Assembly: GCF_006345805.1 (NCBI RefSeq)
Contig: NC_043013.1
Coordinates: 35,712,001-35,776,000 of the forward strand
Length of the DNA stretch: 64,000 nt
Direction of reading: 5' to 3'
Source of the DNA: Octopus sinensis
Lineage: Eukaryota
In this document: one piece after another, positions 12,813-26,820 of the stretch
How the letters are laid out: every line of letters starts with the position of its first letter
Numbering within the stretch: the first letter of the stretch is position 1
Made by a program: the position numbers and the translations under genes
The notes under the pieces: model-generated
Databases searched by the model: none
Seen by the model: the letters and a program-made list of their open reading frames with translations, nothing else
Told to the model about the DNA's origin: nothing

Positions 12813-13650
12813 ATGTGTAATTTTATTCATGAACTGCCAGTAATAGTGCATGATATAAAAATGAAATTCGCAGAGGATAATTACATTACAAGAATGAAAG
12901 AAATGTTGAAAAATAAGCAAAATAAATATACAAATTCTAATAATTTTTCACTATGTGACGATGCTTTAATGTATGCACAAATAGTGGTTGTACCAATTGC
13001 ACTATAGAAACTAGTATTGCAGGAATTCCACAGTGGACACCCAGGAATGTTGAGAATGAAAGCCTTAATGAGGAGCTATGTATATTGGCCGGCAATGGAC
13101 CGGGACATTGAAAATTGTATAAAATCATGTAGAGGTTGTGTGCTAGCAGGCAAGGTACCACAGGTGAAATACCAATCATGGCCTGATACAGATAGTTCAT
13201 GGTCCAGGATACATATCAACTACACTGGACCGGTGAATGGCACATACAATCTAATCATTGTTAATAGTGGTACAAAGTGGTCAGAGGTATGCAGATGCAA
13301 TAAGTCAAACACAAAGACAACAACAAAGTCCCTGCATGAATTATTTGCCCGATACGGTGTTCCAGACACGTTGGAATCAGATAATGGATATTTCTGCAAA
13401 ATACATGTGATAAGGCATATTTTAAACCTGCCCAACCATCTGAGGTCAAATGGGCAGGTGGAAAAATTTGTTGATACTTTAAAGCAAGCATTAAAAACAG
13501 CAATGAATGATGTAGGTAACAAAATTGTTGAGGGTGTATAGAGTAACACACAATCCAGGTATACCAATTCAGAAAAGTCTCTGGCAGAGTTAATGTACAC
13601 GCAAAAAATAAAATCAATCTTTGATAAATTACTGCCAGGAAAAATATATT
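12813..13650 (+). pseudogene. Gypsy integrase remnant (H2C2 zinc finger plus rve core)
   Basis: FHSGHPGMLRMKALMRSYVYWPAMDRDIENCIKSCRGC...WSRIHINYTGP...FARYGVPDTLESDNG...SNGQVEKFVDTLK. Confidence 0.9.
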
Positions 13651-14251
13651 TAAACAAAATACAGATTGTAGAGATATATGGTTGTTCATGGAGATCTTAT
13701 CCATTGGAATATACAACTATTTTCTGACACCTACGTTGCAGAGCATGCCGATCTGCAGTGGGATTGAATAATCATCAGAGAGGTCATAAACGGAATGTCA
13801 GAAATGCTATTGACAATGAGGAAGCTTAGAGAGATGGTAATCATCTGCAAAGATGGAACAATTACAATATATAAGTACGTATGTATATCTAAGTGTTTAT
13901 GTATGTTTAATTGATAAATTAAAGATAAAAATTATATGAATTACACATGGATTTTAAGAAAGATATGCTCATAGACATATCATTTGTGAATATGAAAATA
14001 TATATATAAACGTGTGTGTGTGTGTGTGTAGATTAGCATATAAATGATGCACAACTGCAGATTAATGTATAAAAAATATATGTAAACATATAATGTTATA
14101 TAAACAATAGTTAATTGTTATATAAATGAAATGTTCACAAATTACATGTATAGAACATACACCAATATTTAAATATATACATGTATTAATTTATAAATCA
14201 TACTGAAAGAACACATGCACACAAACACCCATACATACACACACAAACATA

Positions 14252-14293
<42 letters not shown>

Positions 14294-14322
14294 CATATAT
14301 ATATACATATATATATATACAG

Positions 14323-14360
<38 letters not shown>

Positions 14361-14365
<5 letters not shown>

Positions 14366-16127
14366 TATGTAATAAACACATATATATTAAAAATATGTAA
14401 ATTATATAAAAATATATAAAGTATATGCACATATGTGCAACAATCAATATATACATGCATAAATGCTGTATAAAACAATGAAACTATATGTATGTACAAA
14501 TGTTGTATACAAATGTAAAAATCTAATACATGGGCAAATATATAAATTATATATAAACAATAGAGAAATGATGTATAGATGACAATTATATAAATATATT
14601 CACAATATATACTCGTGATAAATGATACATGAATCATGTATAAATGAATGCATATTCACAAATGATGTAATTAAATAGAAGGCATTTATTAATATAGTAT
14701 TTCTATATAAAGGCTATTATATGATATAGAATGATATATGAATATGTCATATATATTTAATATATATTAATATAGATACAGTGGGAGCTGCTTTTTGTGA
14801 TCATTTTGGGATGGAAACTTCTAGATAATAATTGCTGGTTGATAACATTAAGCAGAAGACATATTAAGACTCTGAGTGTGTTTGGGACACATTATATATA
14901 TTTTTTATAACAATATCTCTTTGATAACGTTATGTGATTAAAAGAATTGGCTTCTATTATGTGTAAAATAATATGTGTAATATATAAGCAATATATTATT
15001 TTTCAGACATGGTACAATGGTTTCAGGCCAGTTGCCACTGCATGGCACCTAGGGCAGAATGACATCTGTCCAGTGTTTGAACAACATTTGCCCAATGCTT
15101 TATTAATGCAATTTGATAAGCTAAGTGAGAAGACCTGTCCATCTCAGCAAAAATGAGATCCTGTTAAGCTTTCTTCTGCATCTCATCTTCTAACAACCCA
15201 TTCCTTCATCACTCTTCTAACTATGGCACAACTCACTAATGTACTGTAAATTATGCCATGTACCCCTTTCCCCAACACTTCACATCTCCCTATGATTGTC
15301 ATTCGACAACTCTTCCTCCACTTCCCTAATTCACTTCTATTTCTTCCATGTCCCCTGTCACAAACTGAAGTTCATCATTGTACACACCTCCTTCCATATA
15401 CCCCAGTCCCTGTGTTCACCTCTACCCCCATCTTTAACCATCTGTCACACCCCTTTCATAATCTCACAGATTTACCTATCTATTTACCTATCCACCCTTT
15501 CTAATCCTGTATCCCTATTCTCAGTTCTATTCACCTTGTATTTTGAAGGTAAGACTACACCACCTTTTTCTCTCCCGTTCTTGCTGGGGTAGTTATGTAT
15601 CTCAGGCTCAACATCATATTTCAATTTCTCAACACCTGGCATAAAGCTACCCTCTTCAATATTACTCCCGTACTCAGCCAAAGGGTCTTGCCTTGTAAGA
15701 TATTCAGTGAACTTCTTAGTACATGTACCACGAAAAATAAAAGCACCCAGTACGTTCTGTAAGGTGGTTTGCATAAGAGTGGCATCATGCCATGGAGATC
15801 ATACCAAAGCAAATAATTGGAGCTCAGTGTTGTTTCATGGCTCATTGGTTCTTGTCAAACCATAGTCTAATGCCAGCATGGAAGATTCATGTAAAACGGA
15901 TGCTGATGAAGATGATATGCCATTGTCACCATCGTCGTCATCATTCTTTAAAAACTGCTTTTCTATGCTTACACAGGTCAGACAGAACATACATATATGT
16001 ATATATACGTGTGTGTGTGTGCGTGTGTGTGTGTGTGTGTGCACGTTAGTAAAATTATATTTAAACACCATATAACTATAGAAAACTTATAAAGACCTAC
16101 TGCATATGAATGTACGTACATCTATTT

Positions 16128-16202
<75 letters not shown>

Positions 16203-17948
16203 TATGTATATAAACACATATATATTAAAAATATGTAAATTATATAAAAATATATAAAGTATATGCACATATGTGCAACAATCAATATATACATGCATAA
16301 ATGCTGTATAAAACAATGAAACTATATGTATGTACAAATGTTGTATACAAATGTAAAAATCTAATACATGGGCAAATATATAAATTATATATAAACAATA
16401 GAGAAATGATGTATAGATGACAATTATATAAATATATTCACAATATATACTCGTGATAAATGATACATGAATCATGTATAAATGAATGCATATTCACAAA
16501 TGATGTAAATTAAATAGAAGGCATTTATTAATATAGTATTTCTATATAAAGGCTATTATATGATATAGAATGATATATGAATATGTCATATATATTTAAT
16601 ATATATTAATATAGATACAGTGGGAGCTGCTTTTTGTGATCATTTTGGGATGGAAACTTCTAGATAATAATTGCTGGTTGATAACATTAAGCAGAAGACA
16701 TATTAAGACTCTGAGTGTGTTTGGGACACATTATATATATTTTTTATAACAATATCTCTTTGATAACGTTATGTGATTAAAAGAATTGGCTTCTATTATG
16801 TGTAAAATAATATGTGTAATATATAAGCAATATATTATTTTTCAGACATGGTACAATGGTTTCAGGCCAGTTGCCACTGCATGGCACCTAGGGCAGAATG
16901 ACATCTGTCCAGTGTTTGAACAACATTTGCCCAATGCTTTATTAATGCAATTTGATAAGCTAAGTGAGAAGACCTGTCCATCTCAGCAAAAATGAGATCC
17001 TGTTAAGCTTTCTTCTGCATCTCATCTTCTAACACCCATTCCTTCATCACTCTTCTAACTATGGCACAACTCACTAATGTACTGTAAATTATGCCATGTA
17101 CCCCTTTCCCCAACACTTCACATCTCCCTATGATTGTCATTCGACAACTCTTCCTCCACTTCCCTAATTCACTTCTATTTCTTCCATGTCCCCTGTCACA
17201 AACTGAAGTTCATCATTGTACACACCTCCTTCCATATACCCCAGTCCCTGTGTTCACCTCTACCCCCATCTTTAACCATCTGTCACACCCCTTTCATAAT
17301 CTCACAGATTTACCTATCTATTTACCTATCCACCCTTTCTAATCCTGTATCCCTATTCTCAGTTCTATTCACCTTGTATTTTGAAGGTAAGACTACACCA
17401 CCTTTTTCTCTCCCGTTCTTGCTGGGGTAGTTATGTATCTCAGGCTCAACATCATATTTCAATTTCTCAACACCTGGCATAAAGCTACCCTCTTCAATAT
17501 TACTCCCGTACTCAGCCAAAGGGTCTTGCCTTGTAAGATATTCAGTGAACTTCTTAGTACATGTACCACGAAAAATAAAAGCACCCAGTACGTTCTGTAA
17601 GGTGGTTTGCATAAGAGTGGGCATCATGCCATGGAGATCATACCAAAGCAAATAATTGGAGCTCAGTGTTGTTTCATGGCTCATTGGTTCTTGTCAAACC
17701 ATAGTCTAATGCCAGCATGGAAGATTCATGTAAAACAGGATGCTGATGAAGATGATATGCCATTGTCACCATCGTCGTCATCATTCTTTAAAAACTGCTT
17801 TTCTATGCTTACACAGGTCAGACAGAACATACATATATGTATATATACATGTGTGTGTGTGTGTGTGTGCACGTTAGTAAAATTATATTTAAACACCATA
17901 TAACTATAGAAAACTTATAAAGACCTACTGCATATGAATGTACGTACA

Positions 17949-17958
<10 letters not shown>
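14361..17958. repeat. Near-identical 1.84-kb direct tandem duplication (14361-16130 and 16199-17958)
   Basis: Identical ORFs offset by 1838-1839 bp (14947/16786, 15253/17091, 15296/17134); the junction lies in a (TA)n tract. Confidence 0.95.
14779..14959. mobile_element. Possible decayed Tc1/mariner/pogo-type MITE (duplicated at about 16618-16798)
   Basis: TA|CAGTGGGAGCTGC...GTGATCA start and a weakly complementary GTGATTA...GGCTTCTATTA end; internal GATAAC repeats. Confidence 0.35.
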
Positions 17959-18005
<47 letters not shown>

Positions 18006-18019
18006 TATACATATATATA

Positions 18020-18133
18020 TATAAGATAGATAGATAGATAGATAGATAGATACATACATACATACATACATAATACATACATACATACATACCACATACA
18101 TACATACATGGATACATAGATAGATAGACAGAC

Positions 18134-18216
<83 letters not shown>

Positions 18217-18268
18217 CAGATACATAGATAGATAGACTAATAGATAGATAGATAAATAGATAGATAGG

Positions 18269-18301
<33 letters not shown>

Positions 18302-18316
18302 TGATAGATAGATAGT

Positions 18317-18350
<34 letters not shown>

Positions 18351-18430
18351 CACAGACAGACAGATAGATAGATAGATAGTAGATAGATAGATAGGTAGAT
18401 AGAGTGATAGGTAGATAGGTAGATAGATAC
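18020..18430. repeat. (GATA)n/(GACA)n/(CATA)n tetranucleotide array; a similar one lies at 32920-33292
   Basis: Directly visible. Confidence 0.95.
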
Positions 18431-19261
18431 TCACACACACACCTATACACATGAATACATTATAAATATATAAAAACAATCAAATTATATAAGTTCTCCA
18501 GTCATTGTTCTTTTATTGTTGGATTTGTTGTGGTTATACATCGTTTTTATTGCGCCTTTATTAATTTTTGTATTGCTTTTTTGTGCATTTGTGTTTTTAT
18601 TATTGAAGGCTCTTTAGTGTTTTTTTTTAAAAACTTTTTTATATATTCTTCTTCATTTTTAATTTTTTCAGGTTTTCTTTTATTGATTTTGTTCTTTTTG
18701 TTGCTTTGGTGTGTTCTTTAGGTTTTTCTCTAGCTTTTTAATTGTTTTATTTTGCTGTAATTTTTTGTTTGGGGATTTTTTGTGGTACTTAGTTGTTGTT
18801 TTTTTTTTTAATTTGCGATGTTTCTGCAGCTTTTGTTTCTTTTCATTTTGCTTTAATTGTTTTTTTTGTTTCTATATTTTTCTCTTGTTGTTCTTTGATG
18901 TTTTTTTGATGATTTTTTTTGTTGGTAATTTTCACTATTTTAATTGGATTCTTGTTGCCTTTTTTTTTTTGTGCTTTTGGTCAATGTTTATTTTTTATGT
19001 TTTGTTTAACTGCTGTTTCTTTTGTGATTGAAGCAAAAGAAAAGGTTCATTTAGATCGAAATGACATTTGAGAAGAATATACAACAACAACAACAGCAGA
19101 ACAACAACAACTACTACTACTACTACTACTATTATTGTTACTACTACTTCCTGTTATTGTCCACAAGGGTCCAAGACATTGGTTCCTTGGGGGACTGTAC
19201 AAAAAACTCTGAGAAATAACAACAACAATGACAGCAATAACAAGAACATCAAATGATGATG

Positions 19262-19351
19262 ATAATAATAATAATAATAATAATAATAGTAGTAGTAGTA
19301 ATAATAATAATAAAAATAATAATAATAATAATTATAATAAATAATAAATTA

Positions 19352-19385
<34 letters not shown>

Positions 19386-19639
19386 TATAGTAGTAGTAAT
19401 AATAAATAATAATAAAAATAATAATAATAATAATTAATAATAATAATAATATAATAATAATAATAATAATAATAATATAATAATAGTAGTAGTAGTAATA
19501 ATAATAATAAAATAATAATATAATAATTATATATATAATTATAATAAAAATAATAATAATAATAATAATAATACTAATAGATAGTAGTAGTAATAATAAT
19601 AATAAAAATAATAATAATAATAATTATAATAATAATAAT

Positions 19640-19679
<40 letters not shown>

Positions 19680-20251
19680 GTAGTATAGTAATAATAATAA
19701 AAAAATAATATAATAATAATAATAATATAATAATAATTATAATAATAATAATAATAATAATAGTAGTGTAGTAGTAATAATAATAATAAAAATAATAATA
19801 TATAATTATAATATAATAATTATAATAATATAATAATATATAATAATAATAATAATAATAGTAGTAGTAATAATAATAATAAAATAATAATATAATTATA
19901 ATAATAATATTATAATAATAATAATAATAATAATAGTAGTATAATAATAATAATAAAATAATAATAATAATAATTATAATAATAATAATTATAATAATAA
20001 TAATAATAATATAATAATAATAATAATAGTAGTAGTAATAATAAAATAAAAATAATAATATAATAATAATATAATAATATTATAATAATAATAATAATAA
20101 TAGTAGTAGTAGTAATAATATAATAAAAATAATAATAATAATAATATAATAATAATAATTATAAATAATAATAATATAATATAATAAATAATAATTAGTA
20201 GTAGTAATAATAATAAAAAAATAATAATAATATAATTATAATAATAATAAT

Positions 20252-20288
<37 letters not shown>

Positions 20289-20593
20289 GTAGTAGTAGTA
20301 ATAATAATAATAATAAAAATAATAATAATATTATAATAATAATAATTATAATAATAATAATAATATAATAGTAGTAGTAGTAATAATAATAATAAAAATA
20401 ATAATAATAAATTATAATAATAATAATTATAATAATAATAAATAATAATAATAATAATAATGTAGTAGTATAATAATAATAATAAAAATAATAATAATAA
20501 TAATTATAATAATAATAATTATAATAATAAAATAATAATAATAGTAGTAGTAGTAATAATAATAATAAAATAATAATAATAATATTAATAATA

Positions 20594-20634
<41 letters not shown>

Positions 20635-21070
20635 GTAGTAGTAGTAATATATAATAAAAATAATAATAATATAATTATAATAATAATAATTATAATAATA
20701 ATAATAATAATAAAATAATAATAATATAGTAGTAGTAGTAATAATAATAATAAATAATAATAATAATAATTATAATAATAATATTATAATAATAATAATA
20801 ATATATAATAATAATAATGTAGTAGTATAATAATAATAATAAAAATAATAATAATAATAATTAATAATAATATTATAATAATAATAATAATAATATAATA
20901 AATAATAATATAGTAGTAGTATAATAATAATAATAAAATAATAATATAATAATTATAATAATAATAATTATAATATAATATAATAATAATAATAATAATA
21001 ATATAGTAGTAAGTAATAATAATAATAAAAATATAATAATAATAATAATATAATAATAATAATTATAATA

Positions 21071-21102
<32 letters not shown>

Positions 21103-21549
21103 GTAGTAGTAGTATAATAATAAAAAAATATAATAATAATAATTATATAATAATAATTATAATAATAATAATTATAATAATAATAATAATATAATAATAA
21201 TAATAATAGTAGTAGTAGTAATAATAATAATAAAAATAATAATAATAATTATAATAATAATAATTATAATAATAATAATAATAATATAATAATAATAATA
21301 GTAGTAGTAGTAATAATAATAATAAAAATAATAATAATATAATTATAATAATAATATTATAATAATAATAATAATATAATAAATAATAATAATAATAGTA
21401 GTATTAGTAATAATAATAATAAAATAATAATAATAATAATTATAATAAAATAATTATAATAATAATAATAATAATATAATAATAATAATAATAGTAGTAG
21501 TAGTATAATAATAATAAAATAAAAATAATAATAAATTATAATTAATAAT

Positions 21550-21585
<36 letters not shown>

Positions 21586-21645
21586 TAGTAGTAGTAGTAA
21601 TTAATAATATAAAATAATAATAATAATAATTATAATAATAATAAT

Positions 21646-21685
<40 letters not shown>

Positions 21686-21734
21686 GTAGTAGTAGTAATA
21701 ATAATAATAAAAATAATATAATAATTATAATAAT

Positions 21735-21784
<50 letters not shown>

Positions 21785-21843
21785 GTAGTAGTAGTAATAA
21801 TAATAATAAAAATAATAATAATAATAATTATAATAATAATAAT

Positions 21844-21883
<40 letters not shown>

Positions 21884-21942
21884 GTAGTAGTAGTAATAAT
21901 AATAATAAAAATAATAATAATAATAATTATAATAATAATAAT

Positions 21943-21998
<56 letters not shown>
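19262..21998. repeat. 2.7-kb higher-order (AAT)n array
   Basis: Recurring unit (AGT)3-4(AAT)4 AAA (AAT)4-5 TAT (AAT)3-4 TAT (AAT)n, roughly 80-105 bp, about 30 units. Confidence 0.9.
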
Positions 21999-22034
<36 letters not shown>

Positions 22035-22035
<1 letters not shown>

Positions 22036-22595
22036 AAATGCCCTGATGCAGTACCAGAGAGTGGCTCTCATGGCTTCTGATCTAACTGATTGGAAGTGTT
22101 ATCATGTACATTGTTTTGTCTTGGTATAAAAGATGGGCTACAGCAAATATTCTGCTCAATACCACAGATTTGCTTGTCAGTTGTTTGACCTTAACCAGTT
22201 GAGCAAGTCCCTTAGTGGCTGACGATATATGCATCTCTGATCATGAGTAGAAGTAGTGGGGGAGCACCATAGCTGTGTGTTAAAAGGGATTCTTAGAGAT
22301 TTGGATAATTCACCTTTGGAAACATGGGTGGTTCGTTCAACACCCTTAAACAACCCTTATTCAGGGACCTTTTGAGTGGAATGGTTTACTCAGCCAGGAC
22401 AAAATTCTAACTGGGCCCCACCTACATGGTCATGCACTGTTTATCTTGATATGAGATCACCATGTCTTGCACATATGGTTGTGATGCATGTACCTAGTGT
22501 ACCCTTATCAAACGGGTAGTTACGATGGGTATACTAGGCTTCACATATTTTACCCCAGTGTCACTTTGATGGCATCCACTGCTCTCTCACTCAAT
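22035..22595. mobile_element. Complex non-coding segment bounded by (GAT/AAT)n tracts, probably an interspersed repeat
   Basis: Sharp boundaries against trinucleotide tracts and no ORF. It is single-copy in this window, so repeat status rests on my recollection of similar octopus sequence. Confidence 0.45.
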
Positions 22596-22829
22596 AATGA
22601 TAATAATGATAATGATGAAGATGATGATGATAATAATAACAATAATAATAATAACAACAACAATAATAATAATAATAATAATAACAACAACAACAACAAC
22701 AACACAATAATAATAATAATAATAATAGCAATAATAATATTTTATTTATACAGGATCTCTCTCCCCACATGCAATTCTCCCTCTCACTCTCTCTCTCTCA
22801 CTCTCACTCATTCACTCACTCACTCTCTA

Positions 22830-22887
<58 letters not shown>

Positions 22888-23309
22888 TACTCTGTATTTA
22901 CTTTTAGTATATTTTAGACTAAATTATTTACAGTAAAATTATCTGATTCTGCAAAAAGGATAGCCAAAGCATGTCAGTATTTATTCAACATTGCTGTTTA
23001 CTTGAAGGCAGACAGTCATGTGGAGCAAAGCAGGCAGAGACACTAAAACACATCAAACTAAATCCACTACAGTATTCAGTTAAGTCATTTCATGTTCAGA
23101 GATTAAAATCCAGTTACTGTTGATTTGCTAAAGAGGACAGTTTTTTATTCTTCTTACGGGCGGGTTCTAGCCTGGGCTGCAACAACAAAGTCCACCTGCC
23201 ACACTTATTGATCCGACATCACTGCAGTGAGGTCCTGGATACATTGCAGACACACAAGCCATCACTCACCAACAAAGACAGAACCATTTTTTTCACCCCT
23301 TTTTATAAT

Positions 23310-23900
23310 CATCCTCATCATCATTTAGTATCTGTTGTCCATGCTGGTCTGGGTCGGATGGTTCGACCAGGGCTGGTAACCTGAGGGGCTGCACCAGAGT
23401 CCAGTCTGATTTGGCAAGGTTTCTATGGCTTGATGCCCTTCCTAACGCCAACCACTCCAAGAGTTTAACAGGTGCCTTTATGTGCCACTGACATGGGTGC
23501 CAGTTGTGTGACACCAGTATCTGGGATGACTACGATTTCACTTGACTTGATGGATCTTCTTTCTCAAGCACAGCATATTGCCAAAAGTCTCTGTCATTTG
23601 TCATCTGAGGCCCAGTGCATGAAAGGTGCTTCTTACGTGCCACTGGCACAGGTGCTAGTTACATGACACCAGCATTAGCCTCATTGTCTCTGTGAAGCCC
23701 AACACTTGACAGATGCTTTTTACGTGCTACCGGCAGGGGGTGCTAGTTACATGAGACCAACATTAGCAACAAAACCTCCATGGGGCCCAATGCTCAAAAG
23801 GTTCATTTCACATTTTATGTGCCACCAGTGCAGGTGCCAGGCACATGACACCAGCATCGGCTATGACAAGGATCTCACTTGGCTTCATGGGTCTTCACTA
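23310..23900 (-). mobile_element. (GAT)n-tailed SINE-like repeat with internal sub-repeats
   Basis: Core GATGCCCTTCCTAACGCCAACCACTCC shared with 27930-28140, 32610-32820, 38180-39160, 41717-41860, 45680-46505 and, in part, 48275-48400. Confidence 0.7.
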
Positions 23901-24864
23901 TAAGATAATATTTTGAGGTAGATTTTGCTGTTATTTTCATCAGTCTGTTTGACTTCATGCCTAAATAATCCTTTGTTTACACATCTGTGTCTAAGTCTCT
24001 TAACTTTTCTATTGTTCATATAAATTCTTCGATTGTTGTTAGTCATTGAACAATATGTAAAAATCAATATTACTTTTGTGTTACCAATGTAGCACGCTTC
24101 CATTTTCAAGGTTTCTTTTAAAGTAACAAACATGGAAACACATGCACACACACACACACACACAACACACACACACACACACACACACATACATATGTAT
24201 ACACTGAAACAGATTGTTCATTAGACAGATAAACATATATTTACAACTGAATGATTTTATATCTCATGAAGATATATATGCATATATATGCATATACATA
24301 CATATATATACATATGTATGTATGTATATTGTGGTGTGTGAGTGCAAATGTGCCTGTGTTTCCTATGGATATTATATGTTTACAAATATATATATATATA
24401 TATATGTTGGTATCTATATGCATACATTCATATGCATATACATGCAGGTACACATGTTCATATACACATATAAAGGTTATACGTACATACACATATATAC
24501 ATACATATTTACATCATCCATACATGAAAGAATATGTGACCACATGGTAATTTTCATCAGTATCCAAAGAAATGAAAACATGAGAAATTCTAATTATGTT
24601 TTAATTCTAAATTGTGCCAGTATTACAAAAATATTTTCAGAATTGTTGATTGTTCAAGAATTTTAAGCATCAAACAAAAATAGTTATCCCAAAATACTTA
24701 TTCCAAAAATAGTTATCCCAAAGTTAGTTCTGCTGGAATATTACTTTATCTAGTACATCTTTCCTATTTTTCGATATTACTGAGTGATTTGAGGAAGGGA
24801 GATTTGGCTGCTATTTCTAGTGCATTAAATAATTTTTATTGTTCATAGTAATGGGTTTCAAATT

Positions 24865-25265
24865 GAAGTTTAAGTTAAGTTAATTTTTTGGCCCAAAAAG
24901 CAAAAAGCAAGGCCATGTAGGGGGACATGGAGTTATGTACAGGGAGGATGTTCATGCAAAGAGTTCAGGCCATTTCTGGTCAAGAGAGACTTTGAACCGA
25001 GTGGTCGTCGGCATCTTCACTATCTCGTCCGGCAGCTTATTCCACTGATCCACAACCCGGACGGAGAAAGCCCCTCTCCTTCGATTGAGATGAAATCGTC
25101 GCAGATAGAGCTTTTCGGAGTGACCCCGCAGCCGATGCTCTGGAGCAGGAGTGAAGAACAGCTCTTTCGAGAGGTTACACATTCCGCTTATGATGTTGTG
25201 AGCGAGAATGAGATCAGCATGGCGGTGGCGTTTTTCTAGAGAATAAAGGTCAAGCGTCTTCAGTT
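24865..25265 (-). mobile_element. CR1-clade LINE 3' fragment (ORF2 C-terminus, 3' UTR, (TTAAC)n tail)
   Basis: LKTLDLYSLEKRHRHADLI...RLRGHSEKL...RRGAFSVRVVDQWNKLP...FKVSLD. Confidence 0.9.
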
Positions 25266-25699
25266 TATTATCCACATTCTCTGATCTAGCATTTGAATAG
25301 TTATCAGATTTGTTAAACTTCATATGTATCTTCTACTTGTTTCAATCATTAGACTGTGGCCATCGTGGGGTATCACCTTCACAATGTGAATTTTCTCAGA
25401 ATTACACAAACTACAGTTTTCAAGTCAGGTTTTGAGAAGCTTGCATCTTTCAAGAATCCTGTATCATAAATCAGAGCAGATTTATGACACTGAAAATTTT
25501 CTTTTGACTAGTAAAGCTTATATCTTTTAAGAATCATGTCTCATAAATCTTTAGATTTTTACATTAGAGCAGAAGTTTTCAATTTGTGTAGACACTTTGG
25601 AAACTTACTTTTGAATAACTGGCAGTACATTTGACTGCCAGACAATGGATTTATCACTAAACAGTATATCATTATCACAAAGAATCCAATTCTTCATGC

Positions 25700-26219
25700 T
25701 CTTCAAATCCGATCACTTCCACAAATGTCTTGCCTTAAAAGCTTCAAAACATCACAGAAGAATTCTCAATCAATGGTCTGGCCCTGGAGGTCAAATTCTT
25801 GTTGAACAATATCACATTTCCAGGGGTGATGCTCATGGCAGGTCTTCCAGATTGCCTAACATCTTCCAGGGACGTTCTTCTGCTTTTTAAACACCCATGT
25901 CACTTAAAACATTGCGTACAACCCATTGCCTCATCGCCATAGGTTTGATAAAGCATGTTTGATGTCTCTGTAGCAGACTTACCAAGTTTAATGCAAAATT
26001 TCATGTTGGCTCTTTGTTCCAGCTTCCTGTCCATGACAAAAATCACAGACTACAGCATACAAAAACACAAATTCCACAACCTACGAAGTAAATACAGAAA
26101 TATCATTCAGCACACTGCCTCATGCAGGTCACTGTTAGCTCTCACTGTGCATGCAACTGTGTGCTGCCATCTGTTGGAATGCTACAGAAACAGTTTGAGA
26201 ACTTTTTTACACCACCTTG
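25700..26219 (-). mobile_element. Internally deleted mariner (DD34D-type) element
   Basis: Minus strand MDRKLEQRANMKFCIKLGKSATETSNML...SLEDVRQSGRP; terminus TA|CAAGGTGGTGTAAAAAAGTT at 26221; homologous to 60648-61622. Confidence 0.85.
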
Positions 26220-26339
26220 TAGTGACAGTTGCTGTAAAATGTTCAGTAATCTAAATATCTCCCCCATGATATAACCCTCTTTAAGTAAGTACGTAGCTAG
26301 GAAATGTCTCTCTTTTAAGTAAACAATCAATAACAATCA

Positions 26340-26820
26340 AAATTAACAATGAATAGCCACATATAAATTTTGAACACAAGTAACTTCAAGATTAGCTGTA
26401 GTTGCCTAGCTGTGATAGCTTTTCAGATATCATATCACACATTAATTCATACATCTGATCACCTACCAAGCCCAACAACCAGTTTTCAACTACTGAATGA
26501 TCTAGAATTGCTCCCTTAAAGGATCCTGTCTCCCTAATATGAGTCAAACAAAAATAAAATTTACTAAAATGTATGGAAAGGAATTATAAAGGACTTACAG
26601 AGAAAATATTTAAAATCAGATACAATCAGCATTTACATTCATTTAGATCAAGAGGTAAAATTTATCCTACTGCTTAATTCTAGTTTGTTAGAAGTATGGA
26701 TTGAACAGAGAAATCAGAAATTTTCTGATGAGATAAAACATTATCGATACAATAGACCAGGGAGCAAGACAATGATTTCTAAATCCATGTGAAAAGTGTC
26801 ACATTCGGCCTGACACAATC
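26340..26820 (+). mobile_element. Degenerate Penelope-like element 3' portion (GIY-YIG remnant plus decayed hammerhead)
   Basis: LNTSNFKISCSCL...DIISHIN (about 26370-26445) and YKGLTEKIFKIRYNQHLHSFR (from about 26585); CTGATGA-GATAA-aaca-TTATC-GATA at 26725-26749. Confidence 0.65.

Larger units (their letters stand above)
11010..13850 (+). mobile_element. Degenerate Ty3/Gypsy LTR retrotransposon (Mag/K02A2.6-like) with RT-RNase H deleted
   Basis: Putative 5' LTR ending ...ACAACA at 11390, PBS-like TGGCTATGAGG at 11393, then gag, protease and integrase remnants. LTR start and 3' end are approximate. Confidence 0.85.

Noticed and set aside
23150-23275. Possible minus-strand micro-exon with AG/GTAAG boundaries
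   Set aside because: Only 19 nt with no supporting neighbouring exons; such signals arise by chance.
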